Of a DNA stretch of 64,000 nt, positions 38,601 to 43,560 are shown piece after piece (positions within the stretch are counted from its first letter, which is position 1; every line of letters begins with the position of its first letter). The stretch is taken from positions 1 to 64,000 of the IMG/VR virus record IMGVR_UViG_3300045988_070370. One strand, written 5' to 3'. Source of the DNA: a virus. The position numbers were made by a program, and so were the translations under genes. Under the pieces are notes generated by a model. The model worked only from the letters and a program-made list of their open reading frames with translations. It did not search any database and had not been told where the DNA came from.

Positions 38601-40747
38601 TTTGCATCTGATGCCTGATTGAATCCACGAAGTTTGCTAAGGAACATAGCATAATTGATAACTGCACCTTTTTGCTTAGCAGTCATGGAGTCTGAGCGAG
38701 TAGCATCCAAGACAGTCTTAGTCAAGTCTGCATTGGTTGACACATCAATTTTGCTTTTTATTTCGTCCCAATTATCATTAAACAACCATTGACCGAACTT
38801 GTCTGCTTTGTTGACCTGATGCTTAATCTTGAAATATTGAACTGCATTTATAGCGCCAACAGCAGTTCGAGGAGCCTGCATGAAACCAACAGAATAGAAC
38901 ATTCCAAGGCAAGTATCAATCTGCTTTTCTCTCGCATCAGGATTTGTGAAAACATTGAAGTCACTCCAGCTTCCGTCTCCATCACCCCATGCAGCATGAA
39001 GGGCAGTACCAAATTCCTCTTCGGAAATCTCAGCCATCACACCTTGTATTCCAGACTTGTTGGTTGCATTGCTCAACCATTTATAGTAAGCATTATTGCC
39101 TATCTTTTCAAAGAAGGAAGATACTTTTGAAAGACCCAACTTAGACAACAACTTAGACGCACCAGGCAGATACTCACCGAACATTTCCGAGAAGTTCTCT
39201 ATTGTAGCTGAGCCAAAGCCATCCTTGATAGCCTTACCAAGACTGACACCTTCATTGAACTTCAAATCGCCATTCTTGTCTTGGGTCACACCTCCATTCT
39301 CGTTGTTCATTCCAACATAACGTTCTATCACATTATTATATGTAGAACCAAGTTGGTTGGTAGCTGCCAATGCTGCACTACCAGTCATATCACCGAGCAT
39401 ACGACCAGTATTTTTAGTAAACCATTTGCCAAGAGCACCGAGAGCCATTTTCTCTCCAACCTTTTCTCCTGTCTTGGTGAAACCAGTGGTCATAACATTT
39501 CTCCAGCCGCTTAACGCAAAGTCTCCCATGAACTTTAAGGAGCGACCGCTCACATCTCCATACTGATAAGCCTTTGTGCCATACTGCTGCTGTTTAGCAG
39601 CTTCTCCTTGTTGCTGCTGAATAGCACCAAGCATAGCTTGTGCTGCATTTCCTGCATTGGAACCTTTCTTGATTGTTCCATCTTCCATGCCCTTCTTTAC
39701 TTGGAGCAAATTGTTTGATATAGCTGCATCCATAACACCCTGAGAATATAACTTCGGGTCAAGCATGGTATTAAACATCGCACCAAAATAATTGGAAACG
39801 TCATTCCACTTATCTTTCCACCAACCAGCATTTTCATTTCTCTGCTTTTGTTCCTTCAACTCCTGAAGCAGAGTTGTACGCAACATCTGATTGTAAGCCT
39901 TGGCGGTATTATAAGCACCATACTCTACATCAGACAAGCGGTTTGCCTCATTGCTTATAGCTGTATTAAATGAAGAAGGAGCAACTGCTCCACCAGATGC
40001 AACAAAAGGAGAACCCTGCAAGTGCATAGACTCATTCAATTCCTTAGAACGTCTGTCCTGATTCTCGTTAAGCCACTCTTGTCTTCTCTCCATTTGTCGC
40101 ATAGCAACATCTGTGTCGGACAAATCTGGGTCAGCCTTATCCAATTCAGAAGGAACAATGCCCATATCAACTGCATTGTTCCACTCTTCCCCATATTTAT
40201 CCAACTGGTTCTGATACTGGGAAGCATCATACTCGTTGTCGAACTCTACACCATCTGTTGTAGTATAGGTTCCAGTCTTGCCTGTTGTCGAATTGTAGTT
40301 GAACTCATTCTTCTGTACATTCTTATTCTGTAAAGGATTCTTGAAACCGATAGTCACCTTACCACCATTTGCATTAAACTTCTTTGCTCGCTCAACCGTC
40401 TTACGGATATTGCCAGATGCACGCTTAACTTGTCTAGCAGTATTCAGGACAGATTGTGTCACAGACAAGTAACGAGCACGGTCAGCAGCACTCATAGGTA
40501 CACTACCACCCTTCGCCCTTGATGATGTCCTACTACGAGGTACAAAGAGTGCAGAATAGAAACGCTCATAAGTAGATGGAACATCAAAGTTCTGAGCCTT
40601 CAAGTTCTCATAAATAGCGTGTCTGTTATCTGCACCGCTCTTTCCGTCTCTGGTCAGGGCACTTTCAAACTTATTGTAATCATCAGGCACATCATAGTTC
40701 TGTGCTTTCAGATTCTTGTATAAAGTGTATAATGGTCTTTCTGCCAT
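23693..40747 (-). CDS. giant polyvalent (multi-enzyme) virion cargo/ejection protein, 5,684 aa
   Basis: A single uninterrupted 17,055-nt ORF. It contains two HExxH modules, a complete C5-MTase motif set, a PPase-like module, three ART-like modules, acidic and coiled-coil linkers, and a C-terminal region with hydrophobic helices. This architecture matches the polyvalent proteins described for phages and conjugative elements (Iyer, Burroughs, Aravind and co-workers). Confidence 0.9.
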   Translation of the reverse strand: MAERPLYTLYKNLKAQNYDVPDDYNKFESALTRDGKSGADNRHAIYENLKAQNFDVPSTYERFYSALFVPRSRTSSRAKGGSVPMSAADRARYLSVTQSVLNTARQVKRASGNIRKTVERAKKFNANGGKVTIGFKNPLQNKNVQKNEFNYNSTTGKTGTYTTTDGVEFDNEYDASQYQNQLDKYGEEWNNAVDMGIVPSELDKADPDLSDTDVAMRQMERRQEWLNENQDRRSKELNESMHLQGSPFVASGGAVAPSSFNTAISNEANRLSDVEYGAYNTAKAYNQMLRTTLLQELKEQKQRNENAGWWKDKWNDVSNYFGAMFNTMLDPKLYSQGVMDAAISNNLLQVKKGMEDGTIKKGSNAGNAAQAMLGAIQQQQGEAAKQQQYGTKAYQYGDVSGRSLKFMGDFALSGWRNVMTTGFTKTGEKVGEKMALGALGKWFTKNTGRMLGDMTGSAALAATNQLGSTYNNVIERYVGMNNENGGVTQDKNGDLKFNEGVSLGKAIKDGFGSATIENFSEMFGEYLPGASKLLSKLGLSKVSSFFEKIGNNAYYKWLSNATNKSGIQGVMAEISEEEFGTALHAAWGDGDGSWSDFNVFTNPDAREKQIDTCLGMFYSVGFMQAPRTAVGAINAVQYFKIKHQVNKADKFGQWLFNDNWDEIKSKIDVSTNADLTKTVLDATRSDSMTAKQKGAVINYAMFLSKLRGFNQASDAKTKDKVEEGDTAPTLSNDLDDAYTEGHNADDADKHDIQIQQEDQMKTLAAAFGISEQQLSAMSDEELESLTGQDDKLDQAIYDYQLSSARYQGVIDDAQDKVDIAAHQAAQKVDMYTDRSRGSVRNATIKASGGLEDYGVYIISGNIATHEDGSIDVSNSDDMILYYDPTTNSVEHADALMFAELGEELPADDVKAQAVADAKENAIKEIAGIIDGTVEVGSQFNVTDTDGIEHTYEVLADYGDGTAAVSIDGNVVENPYSLADLQQMKDLEDQKRLEAAKAQREQLEKERADQQTQETEETQPSFDFNQILNDNGNVVLVDVLDEDGNTKYPDSKLFLIRDTGAKAKVVELKSDGTIVPHAVNKEDVATISSMSLDEYKQAFAASSMIEDNSGENRGEIEVESPTIEDETTPEVAENTETTAPSDETTETPATEQTPAAPTITLEDGTIVPMLEDGNPDFSKLTAAQTAELYDNQFGEDADSIVSGYVSDAKKALDKANNMTVKGKTFLEQKASKDAKEKAIADAQAAYDSAIAIRDAYNERQLAKVEDTAEGRKNLIEKARRKFARLKSAVKDDAEAVAQIYKETVGTLLHRLYDGTGIDVTDTIPLTAEEYVASNLGAHSLNYEGTETSKGVKQETGLSREDFAKTQLLAADGKGTTIDALVHSLWDNRPSNLESLDTQDIRNALIDVLTSGFKASEARSFIENIRIAQAEKLIEEERTAAENAAYYEQQKAKEEEEKKKAELEKKAEEEKKKAEENIDLPAIDKQGEPINNNIIELAKWAKKQGLEIDPTSKLNSYADLFLMCKDGFGVSTLVPDEGKNINQVIYFPDNAEVVEQLGKLQEEFNAGRDLNHSSNIDSEITEGATFYDAATAKEFRDFVNEQTKFPDTLREGSNAIEAPEDATDEKPLGEQLDESDLPFSAKENGKQQTTAERAADVEKNKVDDMKVVDNIVGQKTRKAFERLAKMMGANIQWQYSDKLGNGWIQETKDADGNVHRTIFITLDSSITEGAQFIFGHEMTHQIKSLNPAAYNELTQLVLDTYGSDAFDKAVDETMLRYSDAGFSGRARDYYAEEVVADAVGEMIRDLNLAHTLAMKMSHPLLAAIHEILQKIKLAFFGTEYSDVTKNIIRSIEQAYVKTAKGEVTNSETGEDVSFSLRQKPEPKKKGVGYKVFVLKDGKLYPPMVANPDGAATPVGVWLDADAAPIAGESKTGRPQVKQGGKGTQGGSGKLAYRPGWHLGVVPYAIQFNRKDAEGNKTLFPKNFVFAEVEYAADVDYQEEARQEGINPSGKYQHSLAGLKHLPTDGYYMYRTNPNPETDPWVITGAMKVNRILTRAEQADLVSKAGREPQQIQEGDIVTDDVVNSINQEIADAPKFSIKTYHGSQASFDKFDHSFMGSGEGAQAYGWGTYVSEVEGIAKAYAKQNAKKNAPSRLMYQDKPMTYKTPSIIYQVAFNMDKFNISAKEAISQMIDAGEKKLASVDDTPFAKMKAKQVQDELNVLKGLNPSDFKINEDYDTVAQNLADTKSGLDLLEDELKDAKSYVDLYQSRLDEAKGELSKAKESGTGLGVDMYESDVMYYSEQVEKYKQNVKTKESDIKDVKTKIDALQKKLDSIGKPRNLYSVDIPDDTGDNYIGWDEPITPKMLEAKRRVMEEDGYTMYDSDGNYDYFEKTENGKYQYWQLWNRQKGNGLYSELSKVLHSDKLASLALNKQGIVGVKVIADRTTGGNKEGKMNYVIFDENNAQITNHTKFSLRLKSAIEETETNPSDAQKESGNYKKGHIKFGGYDYTIENPKGSTRSGKDANGKEWKVTMHDTYGYIRGKFGKDGDHLDMFINDKADLDNWDGDVFVVDQVNPDGSFDEHKVMYGYDSMDDAEKAYLANYSKGWKGLGNITGVSKDEFDKWLDTSKRKLKPFKDYTKVKFSLKDNQGNPLNQDGTLKLDKIKSVDELTDEDFLHPTRNVELPSLPKKIADAIGTEGKPVVIKKNIFERNYMRHKDVTPELSKVIFKSALYNPDLYGQNQKKTRPYNWVLINTKDEKGNNRTVLLEVNPNKDNVEIVHWHFVNDKNLGLIKKQAIREGDQVLILPSEQSEEVGGLSNLTDDLSAAKIDNSSETAKENGEKFSLKDEKTLAGVHNITEEKLRKALKLGGFANPSLAVIDTNKSGHDNFGEISFIAPSALVDKRTGKTAGTWITDAYTQRYPSVERQMSEKGSQKFEDWVDSLEYPSAAKAEIKRQTKDVMEDNGVPAWELMYLKEKGIDIKAYDSRIDYRWKEIINDHPTAEDILSSMQNDPELNEKVTSLAKHAIIHPTWEKVSLEVRRKMYKETGVKASPINPQVRKQTKEIFERDYKSTLLNKDGSPRKKDVKKVVEDIVKEHNDTKKYDFYLSKVKASNYVNKNGLYDDYIRWQENKLDEFGTKNRIFRGYTKDGSRKYVPETLENVSKAMREEADGQTNGSEYTSFGSFIAKLASRVDSTDEMRANKDKLSSNEDKEAFYEKWSEVYYDLAKFLYNDVFYGEQRLHDIVLQSDPKKYAKKEYGITLTPTFMKKLDALKNAVQTELKSAYFETKYNRPLRLNEFAAAVVPDNLGEDVRKGIEDAGLPMYDYDPNKEGDRSRAFNEAINSSDNIRFSLKAEKEKIVADAKSNGTYMTAPNGEKTKLDAEQWATVRTANFKNWFGDWENDPENASKVVDENGEPMVMYHYTDESFTIFGKDKEVGKNTFGNATNASYAATTTIGHWFTSNKKQPEYMGKPMACFLNIVEPFDGYTLEGLADYLNNYISDEDFNSYEEDYENVAPIIEAGNNFREEQIRDGYDGVVIDDEEFGGTSYVAFNANQIKSAENNNGDFSADNNDIRFSLAGERGAAAADKAEERTARMDFLSVARKMEEEKKDAKAIKMATGWERGADGKWRYEMPDAKIKDTMDVGGGQIVKRYEEDMLWNGGKLSKVIDAPELFKAYPQLKDVRIETDAIMNDMPSNGEYNAKTNTITIHADELKYMNSILNHEIQHAIQSIEGFDRGGSPRLVRGEIKKRLAEVTKQIRQLRAEGKEDEAKAIVEKNRGLYNAYQANDDYNSYKSLAGEVEARNVSARINMTPEERRKTLAESTEDVARKDQIFLGVGDVSFSLRDMADGKESGAADMAEDLKSLNTPDEVDDAIKTAIDDMPSGWQMANRKMIHIAQALGENRKAEIAGEEPKFSLKDGTLIKAGTYFSGGGLVEEGLKGIIDPVVAVEYDEKISGVYRNNFGQHIVTADVRDVDPKELVKQIDGEVEYFHASPVCKNYSQAKSNHAELELDKETAASTAEFINAIKPKVVTIENVKGYKDSEAMKTITDALDANGYTWDADVYNAADYGGYTNRERLIVRAVRDGKLPDKPKKMAHKSGWYEAVADIIPTLTEKKNGVAPWMDVRLKADGIDWRNIDKPLYVMGSAYADGKIPHAFADELLPTLRTKSGDVIVMPDGKVYRAMGRVLARVSGVSDDYKMPFSENLSHTIIGNGIPTQLTEHVIAPLLTGSDPKFSIRTYHGTGASFDKFDFSHMGEGEGSQAFGWGGYVTNSKDIAEDYTRRAKIRKDNGGFEFVTDMSANNKDMVRQYIYKYKDVNKGLDAMRKDLPSALEMFPDDDDLKELSNILAKKNEEIAVPDNIAYLYDVDIPDDNGDYLDWDAPLTDKQKNTIIKELRRLKIDFDDFKKRGFSFDGSFGGNAYDFLMYALRRTKKWKDVDASRAVSKFLSSIGFTGIKYKAGNIFGGAKEGDYNYVIFDENNANIVGNTRFSLRYDQFEHDLNQWKKDNNLPKDAKRPSIPQRNAGESAVDFLRRVDDYRKQMALWKTAPTYEQHLLSDDTALGEFNRELQRGSVLKRIAFQDSMLAIRKAQEAIMKEVGVDRLNMAEDAYTAENRSHGKGKNEFEEYNNEFLQPLRKAYHQMKKVLGDSYDNVRIYMMAKHGLERDAQMAFKKSLEADYEDVAQRSAAYRAYKGDMNRMGNDSGFELGYIDFTTWRQRDNALRVKYSPSYMNYRYDKMGIAYDYSGLSALFDGSDFEEAAHKLIKDIESKYITETHNLWDATNAATKKILRDGYKAGMMSKDTYQYVRDMYSHYIPLRGWDGTTADQVWDYIGGGKGAFNQTLKTAHGRTSIADDPIAYIENMAESGILLNNKNWVKQHLMLLAQNHPTSLLTLSKAWYVKSTDANGNEEWIPATPQITSQMNSNQVKTAIDAFEKKMEQMAQTGDATQKRDGLNIAYPQTHSEEREHEVRVMKDGEEYVIYVNGDPQLAQAMNNTRAHRVREIQSGKLDRAAAWLGRKMAAAYTSLSPLFIPSNYFRDLTMTLASTAIREDGRYNYMLRKNLATSWNLGFMLRDYQNGKLREKVNNGNATPKEQMFYDFMMNGGETGFVSSLDVEDLKKKFKNDLKDLDRWKANPVKVGHTIMDGIEFLNRAIEDSNRFAVYMTSIQYGRSIDEAVNDAKDVTLNFNRKGTGEYGWQMIRNLYLFINPAVQSLQTLGALVKHHPFKFTAVTASWLASGVLVPIVNAALMSMLGGDDDKDKYWQFTKWDRRNNLIMWVPFTHEFVKIPLAQEFRAFYGLGDMIASKMMGGELAEESWSQYGEDLLGQVVDMLPLDPTGYDGNIAVSLMPNAIRPVFELAFNVDFTGKPLFKDTEYNKYDPNFTKAYVGTPDWLVRASKMVNSIGNDYPDVQQNSIDAFGDPRYNLNNPAVVDHVLSSYLGGAYTMGSQVLGVLTKSLNDPKEIKVADIPLFSKFVSNPDDRPVTKKQGDEFWDMKENHDRAANTLSKLKKQAKVDGDYSMLERFYGSEEYKQYKQDDVKVKKYEEDKKKERAEESGEEYRPHKLNAEDIYKAHATPKDDFEDLKLKQLYTKLNGFKTSYDLLVDTAPSQSDGYYNTNKAAIDAIDEISLDKQEISELKKGFLDDGKDAYNAEDMKQIRELRKKIISVLEKANKVVVANQKANAKKK
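23696..27274 (-). other. giant protein aa 4492-5684: C-terminal helical region with hydrophobic (membrane-insertion?) helices
   Basis: Contains DSNRFAVYM...AKDVTLNFNRKG and the hydrophobic stretch HHPFKFTAVTASWLASGVLVPIVNAALMSML (about nt 24985-25090). Ends in a Lys/Glu-rich coiled coil. Confidence 0.4.
27275..28048 (-). other. giant protein aa 4234-4491: ART-like module copy 3
   Basis: KFSIRTYHGTGASFDKFDFSHMGEGEGSQAFGWGGY ... YDVDIPDDNGDYLDWDAP ... DYNYVIFDENNANIVGNTRFSLR is collinear with copy 1. Confidence 0.35.
28058..28999 (-). other. giant protein aa 3917-4230: embedded DNA (cytosine-5) methyltransferase domain
   Basis: Motif I is YFSGGGL (nt 28955-28969). Motif IV variant is ASPVCKNYS (Cys3995). 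Motif VI is TIENVKGY (nt 28643-28651). Motif VIII variant is YTNRERL. Motif X is GNGIP (nt 28103-28117). Confidence 0.8.
29219..30022 (-). other. giant protein aa 3576-3843: zincin-like HExxH module 2
   Basis: GWERGADGKWRYE...AYPQLKDV...SILNHEIQHAIQSIEGF (HEIQH at nt 29576-29590, aa 3720-3724) ... SLAGEVEARNVSAR. This is a signature common in polyvalent proteins. Confidence 0.5.
30023..30712 (-). other. giant protein aa 3346-3575: ART-like module copy 2
   Basis: NFKNWFGDWEND...VVDENGEPMVMYHYTDESFTIFG ... DGYDGVVID ... TSYVAFNANQIKSAENNNGDFS...DIRFSL. The pattern matches what I recall of the ART-PolyVal family (WFGDS.VVDE.G.P.VVYHGT ... QIKSA.N.G.F). Confidence 0.4.
30713..32221 (-). other. 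giant protein aa 2843-3345: conserved-looking module of unknown function (LAGVHNITEEKLRKALKLGGFANPSLAVID...)
   Basis: About 500 aa between two KFSLK/RFSLK boundaries. No catalytic motif recognised. Confidence 0.35.
32222..32821 (-). other. giant protein aa 2643-2842: possible PBECR-type (Barnase/EndoU/RelE-fold) nuclease module
   Basis: The pattern VVIKKNIFERNYMRHKDVTPE...RTVLLEVN...NVEIVHWHF resembles phage PBECR domains. Assignment is from memory only. Confidence 0.25.
32822..33334 (-). other. giant protein aa 2472-2642: inorganic-pyrophosphatase-like module
   Basis: IENPKGSTRSGKDANGKEW...YGYIRGKFGKDGDHLDMFI...DEHKVMYGY...AEKAYLANYSK parallels the family I PPase signature (EIP.G...KYE.D...G ... 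YG(F/Y)I..T...DGDP.DVLV). Confidence 0.45.
33335..34471 (-). other. giant protein aa 2093-2471: ART-like module copy 1
   Basis: Begins KFSIKTYHGSQASFDKFD and ends MNYVIFDENNAQITNHTKFSLR. This is a paralog of aa 4234-4491. The HG[ST]...F..F start and YV.F end recall PARP/ART-PolyVal-type ADP-ribosyltransferase folds, an assignment made from motif memory only. Confidence 0.35.
34472..35122 (-). other. giant protein aa 1876-2092: module of unknown function (GYKVF..DGKLYPP ... AYRPGWH)
   Basis: Delimited by FSLR (aa 1872) and FSIK (aa 2093). No enzymatic motif recognised. Confidence 0.4.
35135..35839 (-). other. giant protein aa 1637-1871: zincin-like HExxH module 1
   Basis: FIFGHEMTHQIK (HEMTH at nt 35534-35548, aa 1734-1738), bounded by the FSAK and FSLR boundary motifs. 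Confidence 0.5.
40544..40732 (-). other. giant protein aa 6-68: tandem peptide repeat
   Basis: LYKNLKAQNYDVPDDYNKFESAL and IYENLKAQNFDVPSTYERFYSAL are two copies of a roughly 23-aa unit separated by about 14 aa. Confidence 0.7.
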
Positions 40748-40766
40748 GATATATGTATATTATTAA

Positions 40767-41903
40767 TTAACACAACCAGTTCACACCAGTCTTCTTCTTA
40801 CCACCTTTGTTGGATGATGGCTTATGGTTCAGTTTACCCTTACCATGCTTACGCTGATAAGCAATCTTCTGAGCCTTCTTTCCAGCAGCAGTCTTCGGTG
40901 AGTAACCCATCTTCTTCACTTCCCTTGCAGCCTCAGCCATGCCCTCAGGGTCTTTTTCCATCAAATCCATGTACTCATCTACCTCTCCTGAGTATGAGCC
41001 AGTTCTCGAACTGCCACCGCCCGACGACTTGTTAGCACGAATACGACCAGTCTCAGCATTCATACGCTGGATAGCCTCCTGCGCTTGCCAATGAGAAATC
41101 TGCCCATCAGCCAGAGCCTTCTTGATAGCTAAGACAGACTTCTTATAATCAGCATCAGTATCATACTTCATCTTCGATAAGTCAAGTCTTCTGTTACCTT
41201 GGTCAATTCTCTGTTGACTCTGGTCTAGCTTTGTTTTAGCGATACCCTCATTCTCCACGTTATGTCTAATCTGCTCACCGAGAGTCAGGTTATTCTTTCG
41301 AGCTTCCTCATCAAGAGCCATCGCCCTCTGATAACCAGCCAGCCATGCCGCCCGATTCCTTTCTCTCTGAGCATCCATGTACTCCTTGCGCTTATTCACT
41401 ACCTTAGTCATATCCGACTCAGGATTGTGTACCACCTTGGCACCTTTGGTAGAGAAGTAGATATTAGAGAGCGCACGGAGACCATCACCCAGTGCAGCGA
41501 TACGAGCCTTGGTACGTTCCTTCTTCTCTCTATTCGCCTTCTGTTCGGCAGTCTCTTCACGCTCAGGATTCAGTATCTTATACATATCTGCATAAGATAA
41601 CTGCTTAGGCTGAGGTTTCTGCTCATCCTTCTTCACGATAGGAACGGAAGGCTTGTCTGTAGGAATAGAGCCATTGAGCATACCCTCAGCAGTCTGCTGG
41701 TTCATCCTTGCAGCCTGTTCGTGTGCATTCTTGGGAGGAGTAAGTTGTTCTCCTTTCCCTTGCAACATAGCTTGTGCAGTATTCATATTCATCTGCTCAG
41801 GACTCGCCTTTTGTGCAGCATCTACACCGCTCTGCTGCTTGTTGAGTACACTCTGTGTAGTCTTCAAGCCATTGTTGTTACGTAACATATCTGATGCTTT
41901 CAT
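40767..41903 (-). CDS. hypothetical Lys/Gln-rich internal virion protein (378 aa)
   Basis: Start trimmed to MKASDML (ATG 41903), 4 nt after the upstream stop. Charged, coiled-coil-like, with a basic tail. Lies directly upstream of the giant gene. Confidence 0.55.
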   Translation of the reverse strand: MKASDMLRNNNGLKTTQSVLNKQQSGVDAAQKASPEQMNMNTAQAMLQGKGEQLTPPKNAHEQAARMNQQTAEGMLNGSIPTDKPSVPIVKKDEQKPQPKQLSYADMYKILNPEREETAEQKANREKKERTKARIAALGDGLRALSNIYFSTKGAKVVHNPESDMTKVVNKRKEYMDAQRERNRAAWLAGYQRAMALDEEARKNNLTLGEQIRHNVENEGIAKTKLDQSQQRIDQGNRRLDLSKMKYDTDADYKKSVLAIKKALADGQISHWQAQEAIQRMNAETGRIRANKSSGGGSSRTGSYSGEVDEYMDLMEKDPEGMAEAAREVKKMGYSPKTAAGKKAQKIAYQRKHGKGKLNHKPSSNKGGKKKTGVNWLC

Positions 41904-41907
41904 AAGG

Positions 41908-42567
41908 CTATGCATTAATCTTCTTTGGCGCATTATCGCCAACCATATCATTCAATTCACTCGCTACCTGCTGCTGGGAAGGAGCCGCACCAACCTTGGC
42001 ATCCAACTTAGCCATGTCTGAATCAGTAGGCGATGTCACGTCAGGACGCTTAGGAGTCTTGCTACTACCACCACTATCAAGCGTAGCAGCGATGTTGGCA
42101 GCAGTACCAGCCACACCAGCTGCAACGTTAGCAGTATCAGCAGACTTCTCGGCTTCCATCTGCATCTGTTGCCCCTGAATAGAACGCTTATTCTGCTGAT
42201 ACTGCTGCTCGATAGCATCCTTACGAGATTCGTTTGCAGCTACAATCTGAGAGGTCGTATCAGCAAGAGTCTTGTTGTTCGCCTCCTTCACCGCAGTAGT
42301 AGAATCTTCCGTACCGCCCATTACGGCTTGTCTGCCCTTAGCTGCTCTGTTTCTGTTCTTAATCTGCTCCTGCATCTGAGTGAGCAACCTGACTGTATCG
42401 GCACGTTTGGTAGGGTCTTCGTTATACTTTCTATCATACCATGCCTGATTATCTCTCTGCTGCTGGGCAAGCATCTGCTCCTGCTTTTTTCTCGCCTTGC
42501 GGTTAGCTATACCGCCAGCGATACTGCTTGCAAGCCCAAGCCCAGCACCTATTAATGTACCAATCAT
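41908..42567 (-). CDS. pilot/ejection-like protein with Gly-rich N-terminal helix (219 aa)
   Basis: The N-terminus MIGTLIGAGLGLASSIAGGIANRKARKKQEQ is followed by a Q/N-rich helical region. This resembles small-phage DNA pilot proteins by composition only. Confidence 0.4.
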   Translation of the reverse strand: MIGTLIGAGLGLASSIAGGIANRKARKKQEQMLAQQQRDNQAWYDRKYNEDPTKRADTVRLLTQMQEQIKNRNRAAKGRQAVMGGTEDSTTAVKEANNKTLADTTSQIVAANESRKDAIEQQYQQNKRSIQGQQMQMEAEKSADTANVAAGVAGTAANIAATLDSGGSSKTPKRPDVTSPTDSDMAKLDAKVGAAPSQQQVASELNDMVGDNAPKKINA

Positions 42568-42598
42568 ATATATGAAATTAAAATTATTAATAATGATA

Positions 42599-42606
42599 CA
42601 AAGATA
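42599..42606 (-). promoter_or_regulatory. -7 promoter box (TATCTTTG on minus strand) for the giant-gene operon
   Basis: Plus-strand CAAAGATA, 32 nt upstream of the start at 42567. A second candidate, TAACTTTG, is at 42662-42669. Confidence 0.5.
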
Positions 42607-42701
42607 ATCATACCTTATATTATAGTAACCTTATCTATTAATTAAGGTGTCTGCAATTCCACAAAGTTAATGGATAAGGTTTACACATATCAGGATATAG
42701 C

Positions 42702-42709
42702 TAACTTTG
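42702..42709 (+). promoter_or_regulatory. -7 promoter box TAACTTTG
   Basis: Lies 19 nt upstream of the ATG at 42729. Confidence 0.5.
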
Positions 42710-42728
42710 CAGCAAAATAGTTTTGATA

Positions 42729-43037
42729 ATGGCAGCAGACAGAAACACTAAAGGTCAGTTCGAGAAAGGTAGAGCAAAAACTGGCGGCAAACAAAAAGGT
42801 TACGAGTCTCCTATCACAAAGGAGTTTCGTGAACTGTGTGCTGACTTTTCTAGAGAGGCTTGGGAAGATTTCATGGCTGCTTGGTATAAGTGTGAGCCTA
42901 AGGATAAGGTGGCAACATTTATCAAGATATTGGAGTTCAACTGTCCTAAGCTACAGACTGTCACTCTTGACGATAAGCGTGAGGTTCACAACGCTCTCAC
43001 CGAGAAGTTAAAACAGATGTCAGAAGAAGAAGGTTAG
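42729..43037 (+). CDS. hypothetical protein with basic Gly-rich N-terminus (102 aa)
   Basis: ATG at 42729 (the listed 42723 start is TTG). The N-terminus is RNTKGQFEKGRAKTGGKQKG. A solitary plus-strand gene flanked by a promoter and a terminator. Confidence 0.5.
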   Translation: MAADRNTKGQFEKGRAKTGGKQKGYESPITKEFRELCADFSREAWEDFMAAWYKCEPKDKVATFIKILEFNCPKLQTVTLDDKREVHNALTEKLKQMSEEEG

Positions 43038-43105
43038 TGTTGTTTTCAAACATAAGTTTTTGAGTTATAGGTTTTTGATTAAGGTTAAAAGATTATTAGG
43101 ACGAC

Positions 43106-43133
43106 AATGGGGAATGCGTGAGCACTCCCCATT
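43106..43133. terminator. hairpin terminator with GTGA tetraloop
   Basis: AATGGGGAATGC-GTGA-GCACTCCCCATT (one mismatch) followed by TTATTTAT. It lies between convergent genes. Confidence 0.6.
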
Positions 43134-43168
43134 TTATTTATCACTATCAGCGACCACCTCTTGCCCTT

Positions 43169-43549
43169 CTATCTCCAATAAAGTTCACGATGTTCCTTCT
43201 TTAACAAATTCCCAGTTCTACACCACCAGTCATTCGGACTCATTTTAAGATACTCCTCAAACTCAGGGCAGTACTCTTCGTGAGTAAGATCAGGATGAGA
43301 GGTTGGTTTGAACTGATGCACACACAGAAAGTCTGCATGATTGCCGCCATAAATACTTGGCGGCATAACATCTTTCGCCTGATGCCAAACCTTGTTGAGG
43401 TCAATGAGGTCAACCCCATCCAGTTCTTTCAGGACATTATCAATCTTATCTAGCACACGATTCAGGACTTCTGCCCTATCCGTGCCACCCTTGGCAATTA
43501 ACCACTGAGCATCACTCAGGGCATCTCTAATCAACATATCAAGTTCCAT
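43169..43549 (-). CDS. hypothetical protein (126 aa)
   Basis: ORF downstream of the RNase H gene. No motif recognised. Confidence 0.5.
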   Translation of the reverse strand: MELDMLIRDALSDAQWLIAKGGTDRAEVLNRVLDKIDNVLKELDGVDLIDLNKVWHQAKDVMPPSIYGGNHADFLCVHQFKPTSHPDLTHEEYCPEFEEYLKMSPNDWWCRTGNLLKKEHRELYWR

Positions 43550-43560
43550 AAGCCAAAATT

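Noticed and set aside
23993-40333. Dozens of 60-245-aa ORFs in other frames or on the plus strand inside the giant gene (for example 25757..26494, 26771..27469, 36407..37075, 37694..38209).
   Set aside because: They all lie wholly within a single intact 17-kb ORF that carries coherent enzymatic motifs. Their products are low-complexity (Leu/Ser/Ile-rich) shadow translations with no promoter boxes.
23693-40747. Possibility that the giant ORF is a crAss-like virion RNA polymerase.
   Set aside because: I looked for a double-psi beta-barrel metal motif (DxDGD-like). The only DxDxD string is GGDDDKDKY, next to a hydrophobic helix near the C-terminus, in no RNAP-like context. The recognisable modules are of the polyvalent-effector type. 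The head-gene order also differs from crAss-like genomes, so I make no crAss assignment.
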